From assembly GCA_963779755.1 (NCBI GenBank), contig CAVZZO010000001.1, forward strand, positions 1,504,001-1,568,000: a DNA stretch of 64,000 nucleotides, in the 5' to 3' direction. The stretch is from an uncultured Gemmatimonadales bacterium. GTDB taxonomy: Bacteria > Gemmatimonadota > Gemmatimonadetes > Gemmatimonadales > GWC2-71-9. This document shows, in pieces, positions 19,344 to 29,248 of this stretch (position 1 is the stretch's first letter; every line of letters begins with the position of its first letter). A program made the position numbers and the translations under genes. Under the pieces are notes generated by a model. The model was not told the origin of the DNA. It made no database searches and saw only the letters and a program-made list of their open reading frames with translations.

Positions 19344-20308
19344 CAGGCCACCGGCCGCCGCAGTACGGCCTGGAGCAGGGCGCCTCGCCCCGCCCACTGA
19401 AACGGGAGATCGAAGAGGGTAAAGAGGGCCAGGGCGCCGGGCGAGGTGAGGCTGAAACGCTCCACCAGGCCACGAGGCGCGCCCCAGTCGTCCAGCCAGT
19501 TGCGGACGGAATAGGTCCAGTTGACCGGGCTCATGATAGTCCGGAGCCGGGTGACCTCGAACCCGGTCTGCCCGGCAAGGAGCTGCATGGCCCGGGCATC
19601 GAACAGGTTCCAGTGGCGGGGAAAGTGATAGCCGCCCCAGTGGCGGCTGCCGAAGGCATGCCGGTCGGGCGAGGCGGTATTGTCCGTCACCAGGAGCAGG
19701 CGACCCCCGGGGCGCAGAAGCCGCCAGACCGCGCGCAGAATGGCCGGGGGGTCGGCCACGTGTTCGATGGTCATGATCATCAGGGCGAGGTCCGTCCCGC
19801 CCTCGGGGTAGTCCATTTGCTCGACGGCCCCCTGGCGGACGGCGATTCCCCGGGCGGTGGCGGCGGCGATCGCCCGGGGATCGGTGTCCACACCCTCCAG
19901 GCGCCAGCCCGGCCGGCCGTACTCGCGAAGCAGGGACAGATGGAACCCGTCCCCGCACCCGATATCGAGGATGGCCGCGTCCTCCGCCAGGCCACGGCAC
20001 TGTTGCATCAGGCGGTGCGCCTCCAGCCGGCGCCGGACCCGATAGGCCAGGCCGAACTTGACCGGACTGAAATCGAACGCGTGGTAGTTGTCGGGATACA
20101 GACGGGGCAGCTCGGAGAGGCACGGCCGGGGATCGAGATAAACGAGGCCGCAGCGCCGGCATTGGACGGCGAGAAAGCTGTCGGGCGAGGTGCGGTATTC
20201 GAAATCCTCGCCGACCGCCACCGGCTCGCTGTCCCGCGTGCCGCAGATGCAGCAGCGCGCGGCCTCCAGCGCCAGGGGACGAACGAGATCTGGCTCGCGC
20301 AGGGCCAT
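19343..20308 (-). CDS. Class I SAM-dependent methyltransferase with N-terminal Cys cluster
   Basis: CCICG...CRRCG; ILDIGCGDG; IEHVADP; LRPGG; PRHWNLF. Confidence 0.9.
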   Translation of the reverse strand: MALREPDLVRPLALEAARCCICGTRDSEPVAVGEDFEYRTSPDSFLAVQCRRCGLVYLDPRPCLSELPRLYPDNYHAFDFSPVKFGLAYRVRRRLEAHRLMQQCRGLAEDAAILDIGCGDGFHLSLLREYGRPGWRLEGVDTDPRAIAAATARGIAVRQGAVEQMDYPEGGTDLALMIMTIEHVADPPAILRAVWRLLRPGGRLLLVTDNTASPDRHAFGSRHWGGYHFPRHWNLFDARAMQLLAGQTGFEVTRLRTIMSPVNWTYSVRNWLDDWGAPRGLVERFSLTSPGALALFTLFDLPFQWAGRGALLQAVLRRPVA

Positions 20309-20405
20309 GTGCCCATCGGGTGAATGGTGGCTGATGCAGCGTAGCCGTTCGCCTTCCGGCGCGCAATCACCACGGGGTGGGGAAGGCTGGGTGTACCTTT
20401 GAGGG

Positions 20406-21113
20406 ATGTGCACTCTGAGCTGGTTGCCGGCGCCCGACGGCTTCATCCTGTGGCACAGCCGCGATGAGCGCCCCGGCCGCGGGGCTGGACTGCCCCCCGC
20501 CATGGGAGCGACCCGCGGCGTGGCCTGGATCGCCCCGCGCGATTCGGACTTCGGCGGCACCTGGGTCGGGGCCAACCAGCGCAGCGTAGCGCTGGCCCTG
20601 GCCAATCTCTATCTGCCCCTGCCGCCCCTTGCGGCCGGGCGCCGGATCAGCCGCGGGCTGCTGATGCTGGACCTGCTGGACCTGGACGCGGCAGCCATGC
20701 TGCCCCGGCGGCTGGCCGATCTGGATCTTGGCCGCTACGAGCCGTTCACCCTGGTCGCCATCGACCGGGAGGCCTCGCCCGTCCTGCTGCGCTGGAACCG
20801 GGCCTCGGTGCAGCCGGTTGCCCCGGAGGGCCCGCGGCTCCTGGTGGTAAGCGCCGGCGGAACGGCAGTTGAGGAGGCGCGCCGGGGGCTTTTCGAGGCC
20901 CTGGGAGCCGACGCCGGGGCTGACGAGATCGAGCGGTTGTACCGGTCGCATCCGCTGGGCGAGGCGAACTCCATATGCCTGCACCGGGCCGAGGCCTCCA
21001 CCCGGAGCCTCACGCGCATCGAGGTCACCGCGCACCGGGTGCTCCTGATCCACACGCCGGGGCAGCCGTGTGTGACCTCTGCGCTGCCGGCAATCAGCGT
21101 GGACCTGGCGTGA
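20406..21113 (+). CDS. NRDE/TANGO2 family protein
   Basis: MCT N-terminus; SRDE; GGTW.G.N; SRGLL; YEPFTL. Confidence 0.88.
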   Translation: MCTLSWLPAPDGFILWHSRDERPGRGAGLPPAMGATRGVAWIAPRDSDFGGTWVGANQRSVALALANLYLPLPPLAAGRRISRGLLMLDLLDLDAAAMLPRRLADLDLGRYEPFTLVAIDREASPVLLRWNRASVQPVAPEGPRLLVVSAGGTAVEEARRGLFEALGADAGADEIERLYRSHPLGEANSICLHRAEASTRSLTRIEVTAHRVLLIHTPGQPCVTSALPAISVDLA

Positions 21114-21188
21114 CAATCGTGGAACTGGAAGCTGCCAGTCGATAGCTGATAGCTTCCTCCTGTCTTCTGTATCTCTCCGGAGCTCCCT

Positions 21189-23861
21189 GTGCCCACCGCT
21201 GAAGACCAACGCCTGCGTGAAGACGAAGCCCGCGACCGGAACTGGAAGCGCTGGGGCCCCTACCTGGCGGAGCGGCAGTGGGGCACGGTCCGGGAAGACT
21301 ATTCGGGGGACGGCGATGTCTGGACCTATTTCCCCCACGACCACGCCCGCAGCCGGGCCTACCGCTGGGGCGAGGACGGGCTGCTGGGGATCACCGACCG
21401 GGAGGGCCGGCTCTGTTTCGCGCTGGCGGTGTGGAACGGCAGGGATCCGATCCTGAAAGAGCGTCTCTTCGGGCTGTCGGGCCACGAGGGGAACCACGGG
21501 GAGGACGTGAAGGAGTGCTATTACTTCCTCGACGCGACGCCGACGCACTCCTGGATGGAGGCGCTCTACAAGTATCCCCAGGCGGCGTTTCCCTACGAGA
21601 CTCTGCTGGAGGAGAACCGGCGGCGCGGGATGGATGATCCCGAGTTCGAGCTGGAGGACACCGGCGTCTTCGAGGACGACCGCTACTTCGATATCCGGGT
21701 GTCGTACGCCAAGGCGCGGCCCAACGACATTCTGATCCAGGTGGCGGCGACCAATCGCGGTCCCGAGGACGCGGAGCTGCACCTGCTGCCGACCCTCTGG
21801 TTTCGGAACACCTGGGCCTGGGGGCGCAGCGGTGAGGGCTACTGGCCCCGGCCGTCCTTGCGCCTGGCGGGCCCCCGCTCGCTCCGGGCGGACCACGCGA
21901 GCCTCGGCGGGTTCCGGCTGGAGCTGGACGGGCCGGACGAGCCCGTCTGGCTCTTCACCGAGAACGAGACCAACGCGCAGCGGCTCTTCGGGGCGCGAAA
22001 CCCGACGCCCTGGGTGAAGGACGCGTTCCATGAGCGGGTGGTGGGGGGACGCGCGAGTGCAGTGAACCCGGCGGGCACCGGCACCCGGGCGGCCGCCTGG
22101 ACTACACACCGGATCCCGCCGGGGGAGACGGTGACGCTACGGCTCCGGCTGTTCAGCGAACCGGAAGCGCCGGCCGATCCGTTCGCCGACTTCGACGCGA
22201 CGCTGCTGCGCCGGCGGGCGGAGGCGGACGATTTCTATCGCCATCATCTGCCGGCCGATCTTACCCCCGACGAGCAGCTGGTGGTCCGGCAGGCCTATGC
22301 CGGGCTGTTCTGGTCCAAGCAATTTTACCATTACATCGTGCGCGACTGGCTGGAGGGCGACCCGGCACAACCGCCGCCGCCGCCGGAGCATGCCCGGATC
22401 CGCAACGCCGACTGGCGGCATCTCTACACCCGGGACGTGCTCTCCATGCCCGATACCTGGGAATATCCCTGGTTCGCGGCCTGGGATCTGGCGTTCCACA
22501 TGATCCCCTTCGCCCGGCTCGATCCGCTCTATGCCAAACAGCAGCTGATCCTGCTCCTGCGCGAGTGGTATCTCCATCCCAACGGCGAGCTGCCGGCCTA
22601 TGAGTTTGCCTTCGATGATGTGAACCCCCCGGTGCACGCCTGGGCGGTCTGGCGGGTGTACAAGATGACCGCTCCCCGCGAGCGACGGGACCGGGAGTTC
22701 CTGGCCGGCGCTTTCCAGAAGCTCCTCATGAACTTCACCTGGTGGGTGAACCGGAAAGACCTGGAAGGGAATCATCTCTTTTCCGGCGGGTTCCTGGGGC
22801 TGGATAACGTCGGCCTGTTCGACCGCTCGAAGCCGCTGCCCACCGGCGGCCACCTGGAACAGGCGGACGGCACCGCGTGGATGGCCTTCTACTGCGGCAC
22901 CATGCTGGCCATGGCGCTGGAGCTGGCCGATTCCGATCCGGCCTACGAGGACATCGCCTCCAAGTTCTTCGAGCATTTCATCGACATCGCCGACGCCATG
23001 AACGCGCTGGGGGGTACCGGCCTCTGGCACGAGGAAGACGGTTTCTACTACGACCAGCTGCACGTGGACGGCTGGCACGCGTCCCTGCGCGTGCGGTCGG
23101 TGGTGGGCCTGGTGCCCCTGCTCGCGGTGGAGCTGCTGAACCGGCGTACCGTCGACCGCCTCCCGGGATTCGCCGACCGGCTCAACTGGTTCCTGGCCAA
23201 CCGCAAGGACCTGACGGCCCATCTCAGCTGCGACTGCGGGACCGATGCGTCCGGCGTCGACCGCTGGCTGCTGGCCATGCCGTCACGGGAGCGCCTGGCC
23301 CGGGTACTCCGCTACGTGGCGGATGAGCGGGAGTTCCTTTCGCCCTACGGGCTCCGATCGTTGTCACGCTTCCACGCCGATCACCCCAGCGTCTTCGACG
23401 CGGACGGCCGGGAATACCGGGTGGACTACCAGCCCGCGGAGAGCCGCACCCGGGAATTCGGCGGCAACTCCAACTGGCGCGGGCCGGTCTGGTTCCCCAT
23501 CAACTTCCTGCTGATCGAAGCTCTGGAGCGGTACCACCTGTTCTATGGCGACGGGTTCCAGCTCGAGTTCCCCGCCGGCTCGGGCCGCAGCCTGAACCTG
23601 GGGCAGATTGCCGCGGATCTGTCCGCCCGGCTGGCGGGGCTCTTCCTGCCGGGCCCCGGCGGGCGCCGGCCCTGCCACGGCGACGATACGCGCTACGCCG
23701 TGGACCCGCACTGGAAAGACCTGGTGCTGTTCTACGAATTCTTCAACGGCGATACCGGCCGAGGCCTCGGGGCGAGCCACCAGACCGGCTGGACCGCGCT
23801 GGCCGCAATCTGTGTCGAGCAGCTGAGCCGGCGCCGCGCGCCGGCGCCGCGAGCCTGGTGA
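21189..23861 (+). CDS. GH63/MGH1-like glucosidase
   Basis: WGPYLAERQWGTVREDYS, MPDTWEYPWFAAWD, NPPVHAW, GGNSNWRGPVW, GASHQTGWT. Confidence 0.93.
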   Translation: MPTAEDQRLREDEARDRNWKRWGPYLAERQWGTVREDYSGDGDVWTYFPHDHARSRAYRWGEDGLLGITDREGRLCFALAVWNGRDPILKERLFGLSGHEGNHGEDVKECYYFLDATPTHSWMEALYKYPQAAFPYETLLEENRRRGMDDPEFELEDTGVFEDDRYFDIRVSYAKARPNDILIQVAATNRGPEDAELHLLPTLWFRNTWAWGRSGEGYWPRPSLRLAGPRSLRADHASLGGFRLELDGPDEPVWLFTENETNAQRLFGARNPTPWVKDAFHERVVGGRASAVNPAGTGTRAAAWTTHRIPPGETVTLRLRLFSEPEAPADPFADFDATLLRRRAEADDFYRHHLPADLTPDEQLVVRQAYAGLFWSKQFYHYIVRDWLEGDPAQPPPPPEHARIRNADWRHLYTRDVLSMPDTWEYPWFAAWDLAFHMIPFARLDPLYAKQQLILLLREWYLHPNGELPAYEFAFDDVNPPVHAWAVWRVYKMTAPRERRDREFLAGAFQKLLMNFTWWVNRKDLEGNHLFSGGFLGLDNVGLFDRSKPLPTGGHLEQADGTAWMAFYCGTMLAMALELADSDPAYEDIASKFFEHFIDIADAMNALGGTGLWHEEDGFYYDQLHVDGWHASLRVRSVVGLVPLLAVELLNRRTVDRLPGFADRLNWFLANRKDLTAHLSCDCGTDASGVDRWLLAMPSRERLARVLRYVADEREFLSPYGLRSLSRFHADHPSVFDADGREYRVDYQPAESRTREFGGNSNWRGPVWFPINFLLIEALERYHLFYGDGFQLEFPAGSGRSLNLGQIAADLSARLAGLFLPGPGGRRPCHGDDTRYAVDPHWKDLVLFYEFFNGDTGRGLGASHQTGWTALAAICVEQLSRRRAPAPRAW

Positions 23862-26422
23862 TGCGCGAGTGGTTGGAGGCCGACGGCCTGGGCGGCTTCG
23901 CGTCCGGTACCGCCGACGGGATCCGCACCCGGCGCTATCATGCCCTGCTCCTCGTCGCCGCCACACCACCGACCGGCCGCATGGTGCTGGTGAACGGGTG
24001 CGAGGTCTGGGTCGATACGGGGGGCGGTCGCATCGCGCTCAGCAGCCAGCGTTATGCCGACGGTACCGTCTATCCGGATGGCGCCTCGCGCATCGCCTCC
24101 TTCACGGCCGATCCCTGGCCCCGGTGGCGCTGCCGCCTGGAGGACGGCCTGGAGGTCGTGCAGGAGGTGCTGGTGCCGCACCAGCGGCCGGCGGTGCTTC
24201 TCACCTGGCGGCTCACGGCCGCGCGCCCCGGTGTCCGGCTGATCGTGCGGCCTCTGCTCTCGGGCCGGGATGCCGATGCGCTGCACCGGGAGAATCCCAC
24301 GCTGGATTTCCGGGCGGAGGCGCGTGACGGGGCGGTCCGGTGGCGGCCCTATCCCGGTGTGCCGGCGATCGCCTGCTTCCATGGTGGGACCTACCGGCAC
24401 GATCCCTCTTGGTACCGTTCGTTCTTCTATCAGGCGGAAGCCGATCGCGGGCTCGACGCCGTCGAAGACCTGGCATCCCCCGGCGAGTTGTCGTTTGATC
24501 TCTCGCGCGGCGAGGCGCGTTGCCTCTTTCGCGCCGACACCCCCGCGCCGGGCAAGGCGGTATCGGCGGAAGCGGTGGCGGCGCTGGCCGGCCGGCTCCG
24601 CGCGCGGGAGCGCAACCGCCGCGTCCCGCCCGCCGACCGGCCTGGCCGTTCCGCGACCGCCTATCTGGTGCGCCGGGGCAGCGGCATAAGCGTGATCGCC
24701 GGTTATCCCTGGTTCACGGACTGGGGGCGGGACACGTTCATCGCCCTGCGCGGGCTGTGCCTGGCCACCGGAAGGCTGCGCGAGGCCGGGGCCGTTCTGC
24801 TGGTCTGGGCAGGGGCGGTCTCGCAGGGCATGCTGCCGAACCGGTTTCTCGAGCGGGGAGAGCCCGAGTTCAATGCGGTCGATGCGTCGCTCTGGTTCGT
24901 GCTGGTCGCGCGGGAGTACCTCGAGGCGCTGGGCCGCGCCGGCCGGCGGGCACCGCCGGGCGCGCGGGCCCGGCTCCGGGAGGCGGCCGGGGCGATCCTC
25001 GACGGCTACGCGGCGGGAACCCGTCACGGCATCCGGCGCGACGACGATGGTCTGCTCGCGGCGGGCGAGCCCGGCGTCCAGCTCACCTGGATGGATGCCA
25101 GAATAGGCGACTGGGTGGTCACCCCCCGGATCGGGAAGCCGGTCGAGGTGCAGGCGCTCTGGATCAACGCACTGCTGGCGTGGGGAGATCTGGAACCGCG
25201 CTGGCGCGACATGGCGGCGCAGGCGCTGACCGCTTTCCGCGCCCGGTTCTGGAACCGGGAGGCCGGTTGTCTCTACGATGTCGTGGATGTGGATCACCGG
25301 CCCGGTACCGCCGACGGGCTGATCCGGCCCAATCAGGTATTCGCCGCCGGCGGGCTGCCGTTTCCTCTTCTGGGGCCGGATGAATCCCGGGAGGTGCTGG
25401 CGGTGGTCGAGCGGGAACTGCTGACCCCGGTCGGCCTGCGCACGCTGGCTCCCGGATCGCCCGGGTATGCGCCGCGCTACGAGGGCGACCTGCGCGCGCG
25501 TGACGGCGCCTATCACCAGGGGACCGTCTGGCCCTGGCTGCTGGGGCCCTTTGTGGAGGCGTGGGTTCGTGCCCGGGGCGACACGGGCGATGCGCGGGAC
25601 ACCGCCCGGCGGCGTTTCCTGCCGCCGCTCCAGCGACATCTTGGGGAAGCCGGCCTGGGCCATATCTCGGAAATTTTCGATGCCGAGCCACCGCACCGCC
25701 CCCGCGGATGCCCGTTTCAGGCATGGTCACTGGGAGAGTTCCTCCGGCTGGATCGCCAGGTGCTGGCGGAGGAGCGCCAGCAGCAGAAGTTTGTCCCCGG
25801 TTCAGGTCTTCTTCACGATCTGACGGAGAGATTTCCCCCTATGGACTTTTCATTTTCTGTCGCCGCGCCGGGGATCGATCTGGAGCGCTGGTCTGTCCGG
25901 GAGACGCTGCGGGACGGAGCGATCCTCGAATTGCGGGCCCTGCGGCCGGACGATCGCCCCGCGCTGGAGGCGTTCTTCGGATCGGTGAGCCGCGAGTCGC
26001 TCTATCTCCGGTTTTTCGACGGGCGCACCCGCATTTCAGATGCGGAGCTGGTGGCGCTGCTGCACGGGGACAGCGACGAGCGGGTGGCGCTCATCGCCCT
26101 GATCCCGGGTGAGGGCCGAATCGTGGGGCTCTGCCAGTATCACCGCATCCCGGATCCAGCCGGTGGGCCCCCCCGGGCCGACGCGGCCTTTCTGGTGGCC
26201 GATGCCTGGCAGCGCCGCGGCATCGGCTCGCTCCTGCTGCTGCATCTGGCGGCAATAGCCCGCGACCGCGGCTTCGAATACCTGGAGGCCGACGCGCTGG
26301 TCTGCAACAGCCGGATGCTGGATCTCTTCCAGCGCAGCGGGCTGGAGGTGGCGCGGGAGTATGCGGACGGGGAGATTCACGTGTCCCTGTATCTCAGCAA
26401 GGAAAAAGGAAGAAAGGACTGA
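23858..26422 (+). CDS. Amylo-alpha-1,6-glucosidase (glycogen debranching, GH133-like) in frame with a C-terminal GNAT domain
   Basis: EWLEADGLGGFASGT, AGYPWFTDWGRDT, LTWMD, YHQGTVWPW, GCPFQAWS; then LRDG...LR.LRPDD, AFLVADAWQRRGIG. A possible internal ATG lies at 25841. Confidence 0.88.
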   Translation: MMREWLEADGLGGFASGTADGIRTRRYHALLLVAATPPTGRMVLVNGCEVWVDTGGGRIALSSQRYADGTVYPDGASRIASFTADPWPRWRCRLEDGLEVVQEVLVPHQRPAVLLTWRLTAARPGVRLIVRPLLSGRDADALHRENPTLDFRAEARDGAVRWRPYPGVPAIACFHGGTYRHDPSWYRSFFYQAEADRGLDAVEDLASPGELSFDLSRGEARCLFRADTPAPGKAVSAEAVAALAGRLRARERNRRVPPADRPGRSATAYLVRRGSGISVIAGYPWFTDWGRDTFIALRGLCLATGRLREAGAVLLVWAGAVSQGMLPNRFLERGEPEFNAVDASLWFVLVAREYLEALGRAGRRAPPGARARLREAAGAILDGYAAGTRHGIRRDDDGLLAAGEPGVQLTWMDARIGDWVVTPRIGKPVEVQALWINALLAWGDLEPRWRDMAAQALTAFRARFWNREAGCLYDVVDVDHRPGTADGLIRPNQVFAAGGLPFPLLGPDESREVLAVVERELLTPVGLRTLAPGSPGYAPRYEGDLRARDGAYHQGTVWPWLLGPFVEAWVRARGDTGDARDTARRRFLPPLQRHLGEAGLGHISEIFDAEPPHRPRGCPFQAWSLGEFLRLDRQVLAEERQQQKFVPGSGLLHDLTERFPPMDFSFSVAAPGIDLERWSVRETLRDGAILELRALRPDDRPALEAFFGSVSRESLYLRFFDGRTRISDAELVALLHGDSDERVALIALIPGEGRIVGLCQYHRIPDPAGGPPRADAAFLVADAWQRRGIGSLLLLHLAAIARDRGFEYLEADALVCNSRMLDLFQRSGLEVAREYADGEIHVSLYLSKEKGRKD

Positions 26423-26445
26423 GAGAAGAGCACTCTTCTCTCAGT
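26418..26445. terminator. Perfect hairpin spanning both stop codons of convergent genes
   Basis: actgagagaagag (26418-26430) / ctcttctctcagt (26433-26445). Confidence 0.65.
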
Positions 26446-27928
26446 TCGGTTCTCTCACTCCTGTCATCTTTCCGATCACCATCTCCGCCCAGCGTGAGAA
26501 CGGCACGGCCGCTGCGGGGATATCGTCGTTCCCCAGTATGGTCCGAAGTTCATCCACCAGCCGCGGGTCTGCGGCGCCGGTCACCCGCTCGACGAATGCG
26601 CCCGGGTCCACCTGGAACCGGGCCATGTCGCGAAGGGCCTGGGTGAAGAGGACGTTGTGCGGCCCTTCCCAGGTTTCCATGACGATGGCGTCGCGCCAGA
26701 GGCGGGGCAGGGAAGTGAAGCGCTCTTCCACACCGTTGGCGCCCAGGATCAGCATGGCATCGTGCAGGAGCCGGGTCGCTTCCCGGGTCAGGACGGGCTT
26801 GCAGAGGCTCAACAGAATACGAAAATCCAGGGCCTCGGCGCTCCCGCTTCCCGCCCGCTCGGCTGCCTCCCGCAGGCGGACCAGCCGGAACAGCGCCACC
26901 AGTGCCCGGCTTCGCCACCGGCGGATGTCCTCCAGAGAGGCCTGGACGAGGGGGAAGTCCGCCAGCCGGGTGCCGAAGGCGGTGCGGAATCCGGCGTAGG
27001 TTTCTGCGATCCGTTCGGCCTGGCGCAGTGCGGCGGCGGCGAAGGCGACGCAGTGCAGCCGGGAAGTCACCAGTACCGATCCCACCACGATAGCGAGCCC
27101 GCGGTCGAGCGGGCCGACCGGCACGGCGGTCGCACCGGTGAAGGTCACCTCAGCAGTGGCCAGTTCGCGGGTCCCGAGCTTGTCCTTGAGCCGATCGATG
27201 GTATAGCCGTTTCGCTGGGTCCGGGCGGCGTCGCGCCAGGCCGGCACCAGGAACAGCGACACGCCTCCGGAGCCCGGCCCCCCCGCCGGCGGACGGCCGG
27301 TGACCAGGAACCAGTCCGCATTGATGTTGGAGCAGAACCATTTGAGGCCGTGGAGGGTCCAGTGATCGCCGGCGGGGCGCGCCTCCAGCTCGGCGGCGCC
27401 GGCATCGGAGCCGCCCTGGATTTCGGTGACGAACTGGGCGGCATGGGTAAAGCCGATAGCCGATGAGCGCCGGACCTGTTCCAGCGCCTCCTGGTGGAGC
27501 GGGTGCCCGCCGTATCGCTGGAGGACCCGTACCAGGCCATCGGTGCAGGCGACGGAACACGCCACACCGGCTTCGCCGTTCTGCAGCAGGAGGTACAGAC
27601 GGGCGGTATAGCGCAACACGTCGTCATGCACCGCGCCCATCCGGGCGGCGCCCTCTACCCGCCGTAAGGCTTCACGGGTCGAGGCCGGCAGGAGGATCTC
27701 GTCCAGTCGGTGCCGGCGGGCGTCGTAGTGTCGGAGCCGCGGTGCCGACTCGGGCTGGGCGCTCTCTTCGGCGAGAGCGGCGAGCGGGCCGGCGCATTCG
27801 CTGCCCCAGCCGGCCAGACCTTCGGGCTCGACGCCCAGGGTCGCAAGGAGCCGCTGGAGCAGGGCGTCGTCTTCGTACCAGTTGCAGCCCAGCGCGGCGA
27901 AGAACGGATCGAAGGTGTAGTCGGTCAT
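26441..27928 (-). CDS. Acyl-CoA dehydrogenase, AidB-like
   Basis: AQFVTEIQGGSD, LKWFCS, RLKDKLGT, LGANG, ETWEGPHN. Confidence 0.88.
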   Translation of the reverse strand: MTDYTFDPFFAALGCNWYEDDALLQRLLATLGVEPEGLAGWGSECAGPLAALAEESAQPESAPRLRHYDARRHRLDEILLPASTREALRRVEGAARMGAVHDDVLRYTARLYLLLQNGEAGVACSVACTDGLVRVLQRYGGHPLHQEALEQVRRSSAIGFTHAAQFVTEIQGGSDAGAAELEARPAGDHWTLHGLKWFCSNINADWFLVTGRPPAGGPGSGGVSLFLVPAWRDAARTQRNGYTIDRLKDKLGTRELATAEVTFTGATAVPVGPLDRGLAIVVGSVLVTSRLHCVAFAAAALRQAERIAETYAGFRTAFGTRLADFPLVQASLEDIRRWRSRALVALFRLVRLREAAERAGSGSAEALDFRILLSLCKPVLTREATRLLHDAMLILGANGVEERFTSLPRLWRDAIVMETWEGPHNVLFTQALRDMARFQVDPGAFVERVTGAADPRLVDELRTILGNDDIPAAAVPFSRWAEMVIGKMTGVREPN

Positions 27929-27947
27929 CCGGGTAATTTACCTTGCG

Positions 27948-28357
27948 TCAGTCGTCAGTCCTCAGTCCTCAGTCCTCAGTCCTCAGTCCTCAATCGGCTC
28001 GTCCTCGCCGAGCCCCTCCGCACGCTGAAGTGCGCCACCGGGGAAGGGCGTCGCATGTCTCCAAGGACATACGCGCGCTGCGGGAGGCCTCGGTGTCGGA
28101 CTCGCCACGAGCTTCCCGCTCAGTCCGCAGTCCGCAGTCCGCAGTCCGCAGTCCGCAGTCGGCTCGTCCTCGCCGAGCCTCCCTCCGCGCGCTGAAGTGC
28201 GCCACCGGGGGAGGGCGTCGCATGTCCCCAAGGCACATACGCGCGCTGCGGGAGGCCTCGGCGTCGGACTCGCCACGAGCTTCCCGCTCAGTCCTCAGTC
28301 CTCAGTCCTCAGTCCTCAGCCCTCAGCCCTCAGCCCTCAGCCCTCAGTCCTCACCCC
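27948..28357. repeat. Composite repeat: heptamer array - 126-bp unit - heptamer array - 129-bp unit - heptamer array
   Basis: (TCAGTCC)n 27948-27993; unit A 27994-28119; (GCAGTCC)n 28120-28158; unit B 28159-28287; ten TCAG(T/C)CC-type heptamers 28288-28357. Confidence 0.95.
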
Positions 28358-29032
28358 TCACACCTTCTCCAGCTCGCGGGTGCAGAAATACCAGTCGCGG
28401 CAGAGGAACTCCGCTTCCTGCAGACGGGCTTCGGCGCCATCCTGGGTGACCGGCGGGGGCAGCAGTACCGCCTCCCCGGGCTGCCAGTTGGCCGGGGTGG
28501 CGACCTTGCACGCATCGCTGGCCTGCAGGGCGATGACCAGCCGGAGAATCTCTTCGGTGTTCCGTCCCGTGGTCAGGGGGTAGTACAGCATGGCGCGGAC
28601 GGCCTGCCGGTCGTCGATCACGAAGACGCAGCGGGTGGCTTCGGTGCCGCTTTCGCCCGGCATGACCATGCCGTAGCGGGTGGCGACGGCGCGGTCGAGG
28701 TCGGCGATGATCGGGAAGCCCACGCGGATACCGTGGGTTTCTTCCAGGTTCCGCAGCCAGGCGATATGGGAGTACACGCTGTCGACACTGAGCCCCAGCA
28801 GCTCGCAGTGGTGGGTCCGCAGCCGTTCCTGCAGACCGGCGAAGGCCAGGATTTCCGTGGTGCAGACGGGGGTGAAGTCGGCCGGATGCGAAAAGAGCAC
28901 CAGCCAGTTGCCGGCGTAGTCCTCCAGGCGAATGACTCCCTGGGTAGTGACGGCTTCGAACGGGGGGGCCGGTGCGCCGAGACGGGGCAGGCCGGGCGCG
29001 GGTTCGGTGATCTGATCGGGGGAGGACGACAT
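28358..29032 (-). CDS. Peroxiredoxin (Prx6 family)
   Basis: FSHPADFTPVCTTE, YYPLTTGRN, ATPANW, C-terminal CRDWYFC; AGGAG RBS before ATG 29032. Confidence 0.95.
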   Translation of the reverse strand: MSSSPDQITEPAPGLPRLGAPAPPFEAVTTQGVIRLEDYAGNWLVLFSHPADFTPVCTTEILAFAGLQERLRTHHCELLGLSVDSVYSHIAWLRNLEETHGIRVGFPIIADLDRAVATRYGMVMPGESGTEATRCVFVIDDRQAVRAMLYYPLTTGRNTEEILRLVIALQASDACKVATPANWQPGEAVLLPPPVTQDGAEARLQEAEFLCRDWYFCTRELEKV

Positions 29033-29170
29033 TGGTGCTCCTGATGGAGAGTCTGACGCGGACGCGCTCGGGTGCGTCATGATGGGTCCGTGGGGCTGAG
29101 AGGAGCGTGAAACGGGGGTGAATTCCGCGCCGGCGCGGCGTGACCTGGGGCACGGACGGGGGGCGCATGC

Positions 29171-29199
29171 TTGACGATGCTACCCGGGTCCGCCACACT
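29171..29199 (+). promoter_or_regulatory. Putative sigma70 promoter for the PAP2 gene
   Basis: TTGACG-17 nt-CACACT. Confidence 0.5.
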
Positions 29200-29248
29200 T
29201 GGGCGCCCCCGCCGGGGGAGAGAGCTCACTTCCGAGGGAGGACTCTGC

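Noticed and set aside
18030..20366. 778-aa ORF as one long protein
   Set aside because: The upstream part is an alternative frame over the methyltransferase; the FAD enzyme starts at 19343.
27948..28357. CRISPR array
   Set aside because: The long units are near-identical and the short parts are microsatellites, the opposite of repeat/unique-spacer structure; no cas genes in the window.
27943..28583. ORFs with SPQSSVL or ADCGLRT repeats
   Set aside because: Translations of the heptamer arrays; no RBS or coding signal.
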